A stretch of DNA of 64,000 nt. It comes from Rebecca billardiae RCC1528. Taxonomy: Eukaryota > Protista > Haptophyta. The notes beneath the pieces were generated by a model. It made no database searches. It was not told the origin of the DNA and worked only from the letters and a program-made list of their open reading frames with translations. The translations under genes and the position numbers were made by a program. Below, one piece after another: positions 10,705 to 23,338 of this stretch (its first letter is position 1; each line of letters starts with the position of its first letter). The stretch covers positions 372,001 through 436,000 of the forward strand of contig OZ251241.1 of assembly GCA_965240325.2 (NCBI GenBank). The letters run 5' to 3'.

Positions 10705-13319
10705 ATGTTCTGCTGCGCGGCGAAGAAGCCGCCTGCGCTCTCGGACCAGGAGAGCACCGACTGGCTCTCAATCCACTCTCGCGGGGGCTCGAACGGCCGT
10801 CGCCTTTCCGTCGGCCTCTTTCGCCTCACGCAAGAGCCGAACGAGGGCGATGGCATCATGGACGTGGTCCGCTACCCGATGTGGGTTATGCCCATCTCGG
10901 CGTTGCTCGAGCTCGACCTCACGCAGAAGCTGCCACCGCACCAGACCCTGCGGGAGCAGGGGCTCCTCCGCGTCTTCACGCCAGACACGGACGCAGGCCG
11001 CGTGCTCTTCGTCTCACACCAGGTTTGCGCACACCCCACGCGGTGCGCCGCCCACCCCGCACCGGCCTGGCAAGGGCTCAGCGCACCGATCCCGCCCCCC
11101 CCGCCCTCCGCCCGCAGTGGTGCGGCGTGAACCACCCGGACCCGTCAGGCGCCCAGTTCGCGCGCCTTCAGCGCGCTCTGGCGAAGCTGAAGACGGGCTC
11201 CATGGCGGTCAAGTCGCACCCGCAGCTGATCATCGGCGGCGGCGCCAAGTCCACTTCGGGCAGTGAGTGGAAGGCGGTGCTCTCCGACCCGACCACGTAC
11301 GTGTGGTACGACTTCTTCTCGGTGCGCGCGCGCCTGGGCCGCCACGGCGGCCCGCGGCGGCCCGCCCACGTCTGCTGCCCGCCCTTGACGCGGCGCTCAC
11401 GACGAGCGCCGCCCCCGCGGCGCGCGCGCGCGCGCGTGCGCTCGCAGGTGCCCCAGCCCTCGCACTCGGCCGACGCGAGCACGATCAAGGACATGAAGCA
11501 CGCCGTGTTCTCGATCCCGTTCTACATCACGCACTCGTGGCGGGTGCTGGTGCTCGCGCCCACCACCAAGCACCACGACGACGACGCGCAGGTGTGCGAC
11601 TACTGGTCGTGGATGGGGCGCGGCTGGTGCAGGCTCGAGGCGATCGTGCACGCGCTCGGCCCGCACGGCGGCGAGCCCTCGCTGCTCGTGCAGGGCGAGT
11701 CGGACGTGTGCTACCGCTCGCACTACGACTGCCTGCACCGGCCGGTGGGGGACGGCCAGTTCAGCGTGCCGGCGGACAAGCGCACGCTCGTTCCGGTCCT
11801 CGTGCGCACGCTCAAGCAGCGGCTGCAGCGGCTGCTGGACGAGGGCAACCTGTTCATGTACCGCTGGACGCGCGCCATGCGCCCCTACTTCCTGCGCGGG
11901 CTGCCCCTCGGCGAGCCCGACGTCGCGCGCCGCTTCCTCCACGCGGAGGAGGCCACGTGGGAGTCGTTCAAGGACGCGTACAAGTTCGAGTCCGCGCTGC
12001 AGGACGACCGGGGCTACACGCCGCTCACGTATGCGGTCATGTCCAACAACGTGGCCGTCGCGCGCGAGCTGCTCGCGCAGCACGGCGCGGACGTGCACGG
12101 CCGCACGCGCATCGTCGAGCGCTCCGACATCGGCAACCTGGGCGGCGACTCGCTGCTGGCCACGTGCATGCAGTCGAACGGCGGCGTGTTCGACCCGGCC
12201 GAGATGATCGCGCTGCTGCTCGAGCACGGCGCAGACCCGCTCGCCCTCTCGCCGCACTCGGGCAACTCGCTGCTGAACGAGGCGGCGATGTGGGGCAACG
12301 CGGAGACTCTGCGCGTGATGATTGAGCTCGAGCCTCGGCTGCTCACGCAGCAGCACTACCCGGCCGAGCTGCACCCGCCCTTCTACCACACGCCCGCGCT
12401 CGCGTGCGCAATCTGGGGGCAGCTCGAGCCTGTGCTCGTGCTGCGCGAGGCGGGCGCGGACTTCAGCGGCCTCGAGTTCATCGGCCACTCTGTCCTCCAC
12501 GCCGCGGCGCACTGGGGTGCGCGCGCGGGCGCGCGAGCGCCGTTGCTCGCCTGCGCGCCGCGCGAGCGCGCGAGCGCGCGCGCGCGCGTGCGTGCCCGTA
12601 CGCACCCTCGCGCGACTTGTCGCCGACGAGCTGTGCGTCGCACGGGCGCTGCCGCCGCGCGCGCCCGCGTGCGCCGCGCGCCGCGCCGTGCGCCGCCGCG
12701 CGCCGCAGGGTACGCGGACGTGCTGCGCGAGTTCCTGCACGAGCCGAGCGCGCTGGCTCACCTGGACGAGGTGGCGACGCCGCCCGTGAACGTGCACGGC
12801 AGGCTGAACGCGTTTGGCAACTTTTTGTACTACGTGCACCGCGGGCTGCACGCGGCCGGGCAGCGTGACAAGATGATCACCTTCATGGCGGACAGCGTGG
12901 GCGGCACGCCGCTGCACGGCGCCGTCTCCGGCGACAACATCCTGTGCGCCTCCCTGCTGCTCAGCGCCAAGGCGGACCCGGCCGTGCGCAACATCCACGG
13001 GGAGACGGCGCTCGAGCTGGCCGAGCGCATGGGGCTGAGCGACATGGCCGAGGTGCTGCGCAGCGAGGGGCGGCGGCGCAGCCTGCCCACGGACGACAAG
13101 CGCGGCGGCACGGACGTCGAGCACAGGCTCTCGCTGCCTGGCGGCGTCGTCGACCTCGACTTTGTGGCGAGGCGCGCGGCGGAGCGCGCGGCCACCAAGC
13201 GCGAGACCCGGGCGAGCACGCGGCGCGCGAGCTCTGGGCGCACGAGCAGTGTCGTCGCGCGGAGCGCGGGTAGGACGTCGACCCCGCGCAATACACGTAC
13301 TGCTAACATGCACACGTAG
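10705..13319 (+). CDS. HET-like-domain plus ankyrin-repeat protein (introns 11023-11117, 11322-11447, 12517-12708)
   Basis: Spliced N-half has LFVSHQW..HPDPSGAQ, VWYDFFSVPQ and WMGRGWCRLE, resembling HET-domain motifs. C-half has ankyrin repeats (GYTPLTYAV, GNSLLNEAA, GGTPLHGAV, GETALELA). Confidence 0.75.
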
Positions 13320-14116
13320 AATTAAACGCGCCACTTTGTGACTTTGTCTGCGCTGTCATCGGTGTGTAACAATCGTCATCATCCCGTGAGCGATAGTACG
13401 GTGATGATTCTGCTGTCAGACCTCCGCGACTACTCGGCCTGGCGGATCACACCGTCAGTCAGTCGGACCGGCGTCCCCGGACGTCGTCGGCCACTGGCCA
13501 GTCTCTGTCTGGCCACGCCCGTACGGCGTGAGCGCGTATTATAAGGCGCCACGACTAACCAGCGCATTATATTGGCGTTGGACAATATGGCTCTGTGCTG
13601 TTCTGAATCTGAGTTCGGCATCCGACGAGGACATGCATATATACAGGTTATCTAATATCTGAGGCGGAGGACGACTCACGGACTCGGATGCTATCAGCTG
13701 CTATGATGCGCGCGATTGCGACGGCCGGGCGCGGCCCGCGCCGCGCGCGGACAGGTGCCGGTCCAGACTGCCGCCTGGGCGGCGGCGGGTAGTACCGTGT
13801 CGGTTAGCACCGTTAGTTAGCAGGCACCTCTGCGGTCCGCCACTGCCGCCCGCGACGGCGCCACCGACACCGTCATCATTGAAGTACATGACTGCTATAG
13901 ACTTTCGTCAACATACGTGCTATGGGGCAAGGGCCTTGCACTGACTACATCACAGGAACTCCCGCTGGCCGCTTATTGATGCTGATGATGAATTGAATTC
14001 AGACGCCAGAATAAGACAGTCCGGAGATCGAACTGAAGGGTCCGGAGTTGTTCAACTACCGGGCCGGGACCGTGGGCCGTGGCCGGGCGCGGGTTCGTCG
14101 CGCGCTCGGCGGCGCG

Positions 14117-16891
14117 ATGAAGTTTGGTGCCAAGCTCGAGGTGGCGATCGAGTCGGAGTGGAAGGAGCACTACATGCGGTACGACACGCTCAAGAAGGCG
14201 CTGAAGCGCGTCGACGACGCGCTCGTCGCCGCCCTCAGTGCGGGCGCCGCAGTCGTCGTCGGCGCGGAATCGGCCGAGGCGGTGTCCGCAATGCTCGCGT
14301 TCGCAGAGTTCGAGGAGGCCTTCTTCAGCGCGCTCGACGCGGACCGCGAGCGGGTCGAGGCGTTCTACCACTCGCAGGTCAACTCGTTCGAGGAGGCGCT
14401 CATCGTCCTCGGCCGCCAGCTCGACGGGCTCGCCGCGGCGCCCGTCGGCAAGGGCAAGAAGGACTCGGCCGGCGCCGGAGGGCTCTCCGAGGCGGGGCGC
14501 GCCGGGCTGCGCGACGCGTCGATCGACACGTACCGGCGGCTGCAGCGGCTGCGCAACTACTGCATCCTCAACTTCACCGGCTTCGCCAAGATCCTCAAGA
14601 AGTACCGCAAGCGCGTGTACACGCCGCGCTGCGAGGCGGCTGACTCGGCGCGGCGCGCGGCGCTCACGCGGCGCATGTCGGCGTCGCCGTGGCGCCGCGC
14701 GTCGGAGACGATGCTCGGCAGCCCGCGCCGGACGGCGGAGTACGACTCCGCCGACGGCGAGCCAACCGCGCTCGCGCTTGCCGCGCCGCTCCTCAAGCAG
14801 CCCTCGGCGGGCATGGCCGGCCGCCGCCAGTCGGTGCCGGCGGAGGCGTCGATGGGGCTCGGAGCGGCGCGCGCCGCGCGCACCGCGGCGGTGGCGCAGG
14901 AGGAGGGCGGCGCGGAGTACCCCACGCCGCCGCGCGGCGCGGCGCACCCCATCACCCGCCCGCGCGCCGCCCCGGGCAGCACGAGCGACGACGCGGCCGG
15001 CGCGCCGCCGCCCATCCCCGATCCCTCGCGCTCGCACGAGCGCGCGGTCAGCCTCTCGAGCTTTGTGGCGATGGCGGAGGTGGAGGCGCTGATCGAGGAG
15101 CTCGAGCTGCGCTTCGCGCGCGCGTTCTGCGACGGCGAGATCCGCCTCGCCCGCGCCGCGCTCCTCGTGCGCAAGTCGGGCCGCGCGGTGAACTGGTTCC
15201 ACTTTGCGCGCGGCTTCAAGCTGGGACTGATGGCGCAGCTGGGCGTGTGGGTGCTGTGGTGCGTCGTGGTCGAGGTGCCCGCGGCGGCGCGCGCGGGGGG
15301 CGCGGCGGCGGCGGCGCTGAGCGCGTGGATGACGTGCGTCATGCCCGTCTACCGCGGCGCCGGCCTCCTCTCGCTCGCGCTCTGGGTGTGCGCGGGCTGC
15401 CTGGCCGCGCTCGAGCGCTCGCGCATCAACTACGCGTACCTCTTCGACCAGCCGAGGCTCTCGGCCAGCTCGGCGCGGATGTACGACGGCGCGGTGACGT
15501 TCACGATCGTCTCGCTGGGCTCGCTGCTGCTCTCGCTCAAGGCGATGGGCGGCACCCTCCCCGCGCTCGCGCGCGGCGGCGTCTTCCCGCTGCTCACCTT
15601 CCTGACCGTGCCGACTCTGCTGCTCTGGCCGCTCGCGCGCGCGCGGCTGCTCAGCCGCACGCTGCTCGCGCAGCTGCTCGCGGCGCCGTGCATGCACACG
15701 ACGTTCTTCGCGGCGTTCGTCGCGGACTGGCTCACCTCGCTCGCCAAGCCGCTCGTCGACCTGGCCTACGCCGGCTGCTACGCGCTCAGCGGCGAGTTCC
15801 TGCTGCCACTCGGCGCGCAGGGCGCGTGCGCTCGCTCGCAGCTGCTCGACCGCCTCGTGTACCCAGTCCTGCTCGTGCTGCCGTCCGCAATCCGGCTGGG
15901 GCAGTGCCTGCGCCAGTACTACGACTCGGGGCAGCGGCACCCGGCGCTGTGGAACGCGCTCAAGTACCTGATGACGCTCTCCGTCACCGGCCTCGGCGTC
16001 TTCCACAAGGAGTTCAGCCACCGCGCCGCGCACGCGTCCATCTCCCGATACCAATTCGCATGGCTGACTGTCTACTTCACGTCCGCGCTCTACTCGTTCG
16101 CGTGGGACGTGGCGATGGACTGGGGGCTGGGCGACTGTGCGCTCGCGCGCGCGCACGCGGCGGCGATCCGGAGCGAGCTGCTGCGCTCGCGCCGCGCGAG
16201 CGCGCTCTCGCGCGCGCCCAGCGACGGCTCGGCCGGCACGGCGAGCCCGGCGCCCGGCGGAAGCCCGCGCGCGCGCGCGCACGAGGCGGAGGGCGACGAG
16301 GTCGAGCGAGGCGGCGCGATCGGCGGCGGGCGCAAGCGCGACTCGCTGTCGTCCACCGCGTCGATCACGGACCTGGAGGAGGTGCGCGAGCGCGTGAAGC
16401 GCCGCTCGCTCCTCCTCGGGCACACGTCGAGCGCCGCCTTTGCCGCCGCCGAGAGCGCGCCGCCGTGCGGGCTGCGCGAGCAGCTGCTCTTCCGCGTGCC
16501 CGCCCTCTACTACCTCGCCATCTCGGCCGACCTGTTCGGCCGCTTTGTCTTCCTGTACACGCTCATCCCCGCCGGCGCGCACTTCGAGGTCGACCCGTGG
16601 TTCATCGCGCTCGGCCCGTTCGTCGCGTCGATCGAGCTGCTCCGCCGCGGCATGTGGTCGCTGCTGCGGCTCGAGAACCAGCAGCTCGGCCACGGCCCCG
16701 AGCGCACCTCCACCTCGGTCGACGCCATCCCGCTGCACTTTGACCAGGCGGACGGCGGCCGCGCGGCCTCGGCAGCGCCGCCGCCGCAGCAGTCGCCGCT
16801 CTCCATGGCGCTCGAGGTGGGCAGCTTCGCCGCGGTGGCGGCCGGCGTGCTCGCGTTCGCGTACTTCACGGGCCAGCGCCAGCAGCAGTAA
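14117..16891 (+). CDS. SPX-EXS domain phosphate exporter (XPR1/PHO1/SYG1 family)
   Basis: SPX motifs MKFGAKL..EWKEHYMRYDTLKK and LNFTGFAKILKKY. EXS motifs RINYAYLF, FVADWLTS, RLGQCLRQYYD, LWNALKY, YSFAWDVAMDWGL and ELLRRGMWSLLRLENQQL. Confidence 0.93.
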   Translation: MKFGAKLEVAIESEWKEHYMRYDTLKKALKRVDDALVAALSAGAAVVVGAESAEAVSAMLAFAEFEEAFFSALDADRERVEAFYHSQVNSFEEALIVLGRQLDGLAAAPVGKGKKDSAGAGGLSEAGRAGLRDASIDTYRRLQRLRNYCILNFTGFAKILKKYRKRVYTPRCEAADSARRAALTRRMSASPWRRASETMLGSPRRTAEYDSADGEPTALALAAPLLKQPSAGMAGRRQSVPAEASMGLGAARAARTAAVAQEEGGAEYPTPPRGAAHPITRPRAAPGSTSDDAAGAPPPIPDPSRSHERAVSLSSFVAMAEVEALIEELELRFARAFCDGEIRLARAALLVRKSGRAVNWFHFARGFKLGLMAQLGVWVLWCVVVEVPAAARAGGAAAAALSAWMTCVMPVYRGAGLLSLALWVCAGCLAALERSRINYAYLFDQPRLSASSARMYDGAVTFTIVSLGSLLLSLKAMGGTLPALARGGVFPLLTFLTVPTLLLWPLARARLLSRTLLAQLLAAPCMHTTFFAAFVADWLTSLAKPLVDLAYAGCYALSGEFLLPLGAQGACARSQLLDRLVYPVLLVLPSAIRLGQCLRQYYDSGQRHPALWNALKYLMTLSVTGLGVFHKEFSHRAAHASISRYQFAWLTVYFTSALYSFAWDVAMDWGLGDCALARAHAAAIRSELLRSRRASALSRAPSDGSAGTASPAPGGSPRARAHEAEGDEVERGGAIGGGRKRDSLSSTASITDLEEVRERVKRRSLLLGHTSSAAFAAAESAPPCGLREQLLFRVPALYYLAISADLFGRFVFLYTLIPAGAHFEVDPWFIALGPFVASIELLRRGMWSLLRLENQQLGHGPERTSTSVDAIPLHFDQADGGRAASAAPPPQQSPLSMALEVGSFAAVAAGVLAFAYFTGQRQQQ

Positions 16892-17041
16892 GCCATAGCT
16901 GGGGCTCCGCCGTGGGATCGTCTTTATCGAGAATTGAGATGACCGTTGATCCGTGACCGGATGATGTGGACGACGAACTGTCGTCGCGTGTATTATACAA
17001 GTAACTGCGTGCTGATATATATGATATATATATATATATAA

Positions 17042-19815
17042 TGTGGACGTTATTGATAGGGAATTCTAGCTATATATAATTATTAAAGTTCTGAGTGTCT
17101 ATGAGCGACGCCATTCGCCAAGAATCCGGCTCGCATGGCATTCCTGTGTTGTCCCGCGCGCACCGTCGCGCGCAGGAGTCGACTGGTCAGTCTGGTGCGC
17201 TGCCAATCTGGCCCACAGCGGCGCACCCGCAGCGGACTCGGTCGGTTACCGCTCATCGTAATTCGGATCGATCAGGCTTCGCTTTCGGGGCGCCATGGGG
17301 TTGCTCACGACGAAGGCGCCGAGCTGGGCGGGGGGATCGCCTGCATCGGGCACTGCCGGGTGCACTCTCCGCTGCAGGAGGTGCACCGCAGTCGCGCAGC
17401 CCCTCTGCTCGGTAAGGTCGCTGGCTGTCTGTGTGGCCCGGCTCCCCGCCTGATCGTTCAGGCGGCGCGACGACATCAGCATCTGTCCTCGCCGCGTCGC
17501 CCCTCATGCAATGGCCTCTTGCTCTCGCCGCTGTCGCGTCAACCCGCACGCTTCATCATCGTTTGCCCGCCCGCCCACCCTCGGCCTCTGGCGGAATATG
17601 GAATGGGTTCCATACGTACGTGCACTGCAGTGAGTCAGCGAGCCATCAGCCTTAATCGACCTTGCTCAGTGACTGACGACTCGCGGGCGCCCTCTCGACC
17701 TCGGGCAGCAGCTCAACCGCCACGCCGCTGCCAGCGCCCGCTGTCGTTCGTTGCTCAAATCCCAACATAGCTAACCTGATCGTTCCATCGGATCATCGTG
17801 GAGACGTGGTCGTCTACTCTCCACGACTAGGTGGGCCCACTGGCCACTGTGGGATTATAGTGACGCAGAGCGCGAGCTCATAGCGCGATGTTTACTTTCG
17901 TCTCGAGCTGGATTCCAGCCCCAGGAGATGGCCCCTGGCCTGCCTGGTTAAAAAACCCGAGTGGTACATGCTGTAAATATAGGGAGTAACGGTGGTCCTG
18001 TTTACTTATTGGAAATGGCCTGTGACCAATGTAACGGCCATGTAACGGGCGTCTTAAACGTGATATATAGGGTCGATAGACGTCACTTTGATATAGCACT
18101 TTGATGAGCTGATCATAGGTCTTCAGCAGCATGCACACCCATTGTCACATATACGGCGTATATGGGCACTGTGAGAATACGGGATAACGGCCGTTACACC
18201 CGTGCGTTACATATACACCGCCATGCTGATCAGCATGGCTGCCATAGTATTTCAGACTGTTTCAGACTGCTCTCGTAGCAGCCGTACGGCGTGCATGTGA
18301 CACCTAAGAATTTTTCCAACCCTTCTACCCTCGAAGGATGAGTCTTAAGGAGCCGTGGGCAAAGATTGAGCCGCACCGAGTCGCGGCGCCAGCCCGCCCG
18401 CCGTGGTCAAGGCAAGCAGGAGTGGTGCACGCGGCGCCGGGCCCATCCAGCAGCCCGCAGCGTAAACACGGCGGACAAGGTTCGTCGAGAGCTCATCTGT
18501 GGCGTTCAAGGCAGGCACTGCTATGCATCGAACGCCTATTCTCATGCCCCGACCTAACCGTTGCTCTACACTGCGACCAAGCTGTGTCCGAGCTGTCCTC
18601 AGCTTGACCGTCCTTTGCCTAACTGTGCGCAACGGCCGCTTCGTCGCAGCGCCGAGCTGGCTCGCCGTGGTGCGCGCGCGCGCGTAGCGATGTGCACTCA
18701 TCACCGCTTCCTGCGTGGCAGCAGGGCGAGACATGGCTCGCAGGTAAGCTGATACGCCTGCTGACCGTGCACCGGCGTCGGCGGCGCCACCAACGTCCTC
18801 GGGCAGGCTCACGAAGGGCTCAAATCACTGGTGAACGCATCAACTGTACTGTCCGCAGCGAGCACGGCGCACAGCGGATGACCAAGCAGAGGCGGGGCGA
18901 CTGCTGTGCGGCCGCGCGGGGGGAGTAGCTGGGCTCTTGAGGTACGCGTAGAGCCACGACAGGGCTCAACAAGCGCATCAGCTGCGATCTACCCGGCTTG
19001 ACGCGCAGCCCGACCTCGTGCAATCGTGTGGCTCGAGGCCCTCCAAGGGGCTCGTAGCTTCCAAACACCTGAGGTGCGTCGGCACTGAGAGTTGAGTCGA
19101 GGCCGGGGAGGTAACAGACGGCACACGCATCCACTTTGACCGCTGTTTGACCATCAGATCCTTCCCCAAGTGCCCACGATCATGTGAATAGCCACAGCGT
19201 TCGGTCACACCGCGCAGACTTCCGGGGACCTGACCGACGAGGCGGGTCTCCGCAGGGCCACAGAAGTAGCTGGGCCTTGCCAGGATACCATGCATATGCT
19301 GTCCGAGTAACGCTCCGGAGTGTCCGAGTTGATTCGAGTGCGTCCCAAGCTCGCGTTGTGCACGCATTACAATCCTCAAAGCTGTTCCGGTGTTTGAACG
19401 CGCGACTGTCGGCGAGAGATGGCGGACCGGGAAGATGACCCAGGGATGAACCGTTCGCATGGCTCGTTTCAGAGGGCTACGCAGTATGCCACGGGCGTGC
19501 GGCGCAGCGTGCCTCGCATGGTAGGCGGGCAAGCGCGGCGGACAACGCGCTGACGACGCGCACAGGTCGATCCCGGTCATCGTTTTCGCGAGCGACCGGC
19601 TTCCCGGACCGGGAGTTTGGCGGCCTGGAAAAAAGGGACTTCAGCGCGAGAAAAAGAGCACGGCTGCGGTCCGAAAAAGCCAGAGAGATTGTGTTTTCAT
19701 TTTTAAATGGCTGTGGGCCCACCTACCACGACGCCGCGCGCCGCGATCATCCAGCTCCAAAGTCCAGTCGTACCCGACGCCTTGTACGAGCCGGGCATGG
19801 CGGAGTGGCTAGACA
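17042..19815. mobile_element. Family A element copy 2 (inverted relative to 3108-3978), in (TA)n, interrupted by a nested insertion
   Basis: 17042-17827 and 19726-19815 are reverse-complement homologous to 3108-3978. Ends TGTGGAC / GCTAGACA, with TA tracts on both sides. Confidence 0.75.
17828..19725. mobile_element. TIR DNA transposon (13-bp TIR TAGGTGGGCCCAC, 7-bp target duplication CCACGAC), no recognisable transposase
   Basis: CCACGAC at 17821-17827 and 19726-19732 flanks perfect inverted ends. The empty site is visible in copy 1 near 3190. Confidence 0.82.
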
Positions 19816-20336
<521 letters not shown>

Positions 20337-21836
20337 TATATATAAATCGTCGCGTCTGCAATAGTGTCGGACTGATGAATGAATGAACCATAGTGACACT
20401 GTCAGTGACATACAGCAGATGACGACACGGGCTGTCAACGGTGGCATCACAGGCTGCGTCGTCACCCGACCGGTAAATATTACGGCCGCGGCCGCGGGCG
20501 CGGTTCATTTGCAGCCGCGCTCGGATCACGATTCACGGTGATCTATAGGCGCCTAACGGCGCAGGCATCAGGCCTGTTTGATTTCTACCAGATTTCATTT
20601 ACTATGTCACGGCGACAAACCCGTGCCCGCCAGTGGGAATCGGTGTCACGCCCCGATCGGGGACGCAAAGGCTCCGGCGGGAAGCCGAGACGCACGACTC
20701 CGAGGGCCACGGTGCACTCAGCGAGGAGTGATGAGTGCACCAATCTAGCTCCAGTGTCGCTGCTCCCAGCCGTTGAGGAGGAGTTGCGTCCCCGAGCAAG
20801 GCACCATGGGTCGCTCCAGGACTCTCCGCGCGCTCGCGCCTGCGCGGCGAGCGCGCTTGCAGGCTTGTTCTCATCATCTTAGCCAAGACTGCAGCCTGCC
20901 AAATGCGCGATGACGCGTGCGTACGCCTTTCGGCGTGTCATGGGTGCGTGTGGCACGCACCGTGTCGTAGTCTACGCCGAGGAGGCTTGACAATCCGGCC
21001 AGCCGACCTGCCGCGATCACGTTTAAATGCAGGCGGCAGGCTGCATGCGAGCGCACGCAACGGAAGCATCTCAAGCTCGACAAGGTAGTGGCGGCGGAGC
21101 GTGTAGAGCTGGTTTCGATGGCAGACTGTCTTTCTATCAACCGGCCTTGGTCGTTACATGGCACGGGCTGGACGCAGCCAACACAGAGTGCTTGCAGCTT
21201 GCAGCAGGCCCGCCGCCGCCGACTTCGCGCCGCGGCTCGTCGCGCACGTGCGCCGCGAGTAACCCCTGTGTCAAGGCGAAACACCTCGGCAAGTCGAAGC
21301 AGCATGTCTTGGTAACGTCTTTCGCCGCAGCTCAGCGTCTTAGTACGAGGATTTGCCAACGACGTGCCGCGGGGCCGCCAAGCTACTCTTGCACTACCGC
21401 CGGCAGCCGCACCAGCGGGCTGAAGCCGCCATTTTAGCATTTTACCGCGCGTTTTCGCTCCTCGTACGTAGAATTAAAAACAGGCCGGCCATCAGTTATT
21501 AATCGAAAAAACCGCGTCGTAGTAGCTAATAAGTACATTACGTCGTCCGGCTGGCTGTCATCGGCGGCGTGGCCACTCGGCCGTCGGGCCTCCGATGATA
21601 GGGCACAGGCACTAGTTAGTCACTCACAGGCTGGGCCCCGCCGACTCGCCGAGCGTCGTTGCGGTTGGACTCCGTCGCAACAGTCACTCGCAGCCGCTCT
21701 TGCGTCACGGAGCCATCGCCGCCCGCGGCCCGCACGAGCAGCGTGCCCGCGCTCCGACGAGACTGCACAGGGCAGCGGGGCCAGGCAATGGCGACAGCTG
21801 AGCTGCACAGGTCACGCCAGCGAGAGCGTTCGCCGT

Positions 21837-22988
21837 CTATGCCTGGCGGTACCACACTGCCGCCTGCGGTGTGTGCTGCTGCGGCTGCATGTCCTGCTGC
21901 TGCCCTTGGTGGACGACGACGTAGCCGGCAGTTCCGCATGTGGGCGCCGGCTGGTTGGCAGGCGGGAGCATGTAGGCTTGCTGCTGCACCTGCACCTGCG
22001 CGCCCGGATGCGGCGGAGCGCCGTGCGGCACGCATGCAAACGCGCCCGGAGGCATGGGCTGGGGCGCCGGCCCCGCGTTGTAGGTCACCCACTGCGGCGC
22101 GGGCTGGAGCTGCACGAGCGACTGCTGCGGCATGGCCTGCTGCAAAGGCGCTGGGCCCGGCGGCGGCGGCGGCGGCTGCGCGACGTGCACGAGCTGCTGC
22201 TGCTGCGGCGGCGGCTGGAGCACGGTCATCTGCGGCTGCTGAGGCGCGCCATATGAGATCATGTACGCCGGGCCTGCGGCTGCGGCATTCTGCTCCGGCT
22301 GCTGGGGGTGGTAGGATGGATACTGGTGCACGAGCATCTGCTGCGGTGGTGGCGGCGGCTGCGACTGCGGCGTGTGCGGCTGCGGCGCGTGCGCGAGTGC
22401 TTGCGCGGGAGGCTGCATGTACCCCTGCGCCTGCGCCTGCACCACCTGCGTGTGCGCCCGCGCGTCCAGCGCAAATGGCGAAGGCTGCGGCGCGGACAGC
22501 TCCATCTCCGTCGTCTGCGGCACGAGCGCTGAGTCGTGGGGACGTGGTCCGCCGAGCATGGCGGGCACGCAGGTGATGGTCTTGGGGCTTCGTGGGGCGG
22601 GTGCCCCCTCGGACGCCACTGCGGCCGATGTCGCCCCGTCACGCTCGCTGCGCAGCGCGTGCTCTGCTGCTGGCTGCGAGGTGCGCACCGGCTCCTTCTT
22701 GGCGGACTTGGGCTTGCGCACGCGCTGACGGCGGTTCTGGAACCAGATCTGGATCTGGCGCTGGCTCACGTCGAACTCGCTCGCGAGCCGCGCCCTCTCC
22801 GCCGCCTTAGGGTATGGATTGGTCGCAAACGAGCGCTCGAGCGCCCGCCGAGTGACGTATGACACGTTCCAGCGGCTGGGCTCGTAGGTGGGCTCGTCGA
22901 TGCCCATGTCGGTAGGACCGTCACGCGCCGTCATCGCCTCGCCACCCCCTCCCCCGTCGGCGGCCGACGGCGTCCCCGGGGAGCTCAT
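21837..22988 (-). CDS. Homeobox transcription factor (non-TALE, Q50) with Q/P-rich C-terminus
   Basis: RRALERSFATNPYPKAAERARLASEFDVSQRQIQIWFQNRRQRVRK. Confidence 0.9.
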   Translation of the reverse strand: MSSPGTPSAADGGGGGEAMTARDGPTDMGIDEPTYEPSRWNVSYVTRRALERSFATNPYPKAAERARLASEFDVSQRQIQIWFQNRRQRVRKPKSAKKEPVRTSQPAAEHALRSERDGATSAAVASEGAPAPRSPKTITCVPAMLGGPRPHDSALVPQTTEMELSAPQPSPFALDARAHTQVVQAQAQGYMQPPAQALAHAPQPHTPQSQPPPPPQQMLVHQYPSYHPQQPEQNAAAAGPAYMISYGAPQQPQMTVLQPPPQQQQLVHVAQPPPPPPGPAPLQQAMPQQSLVQLQPAPQWVTYNAGPAPQPMPPGAFACVPHGAPPHPGAQVQVQQQAYMLPPANQPAPTCGTAGYVVVHQGQQQDMQPQQHTPQAAVWYRQA

Positions 22989-23256
22989 GCCCCTCCTTAC
23001 GTCGAAGAGGTCTGATGGGGATGATCCAGTCTCCTGCGATCGAGAAGAGCGGGCCGAGAAGGGGAACCTTTTCAATCGCCACGGAGCCCCGCGCGCGCCG
23101 GGGGGGCAGCTCAATGTGGGTGCAGTCACGCAGATTCCACGTGTTTGGGCGAGTCGTAGGCACGCAATCGACAATCGTCAATCGTGATGAAGTGATCGAA
23201 CAGAATGATGGGATGAATGATTAAAGAATCGGATGGATTGGACATTATTCGCTTTC

Positions 23257-23338
23257 GGGGCTGGCCAGGGTAGGGCTGGCTGGAGGCTTCGGCCGCCAGT
23301 CTGATCACCCGGAGCCCGTTATAAAGGGGAATTTAAAA
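23257..23338 (+). mobile_element. Extreme 3' end (~80 bp) of the LINE at 5226-7290
   Basis: GGGGCTGGCCAGGGTAGGG...CCCGGAGCCCGTTATAAAGGGGAATTTAA is the reverse complement of about 5237-5315. Confidence 0.75.

Noticed and set aside
13973-16738. 921-aa antisense ORF and similar long Arg/Ala-rich overlapping ORFs (e.g. 11397-13334, 29305-31365, 61907-63409)
   Set aside because: Shadows of high-GC3 genes on the other strand or frame; no motifs.
20538-21440. Short ORFs between family B and the homeobox gene
   Set aside because: No recognisable motifs or host-like codon pattern; cannot support a gene call.
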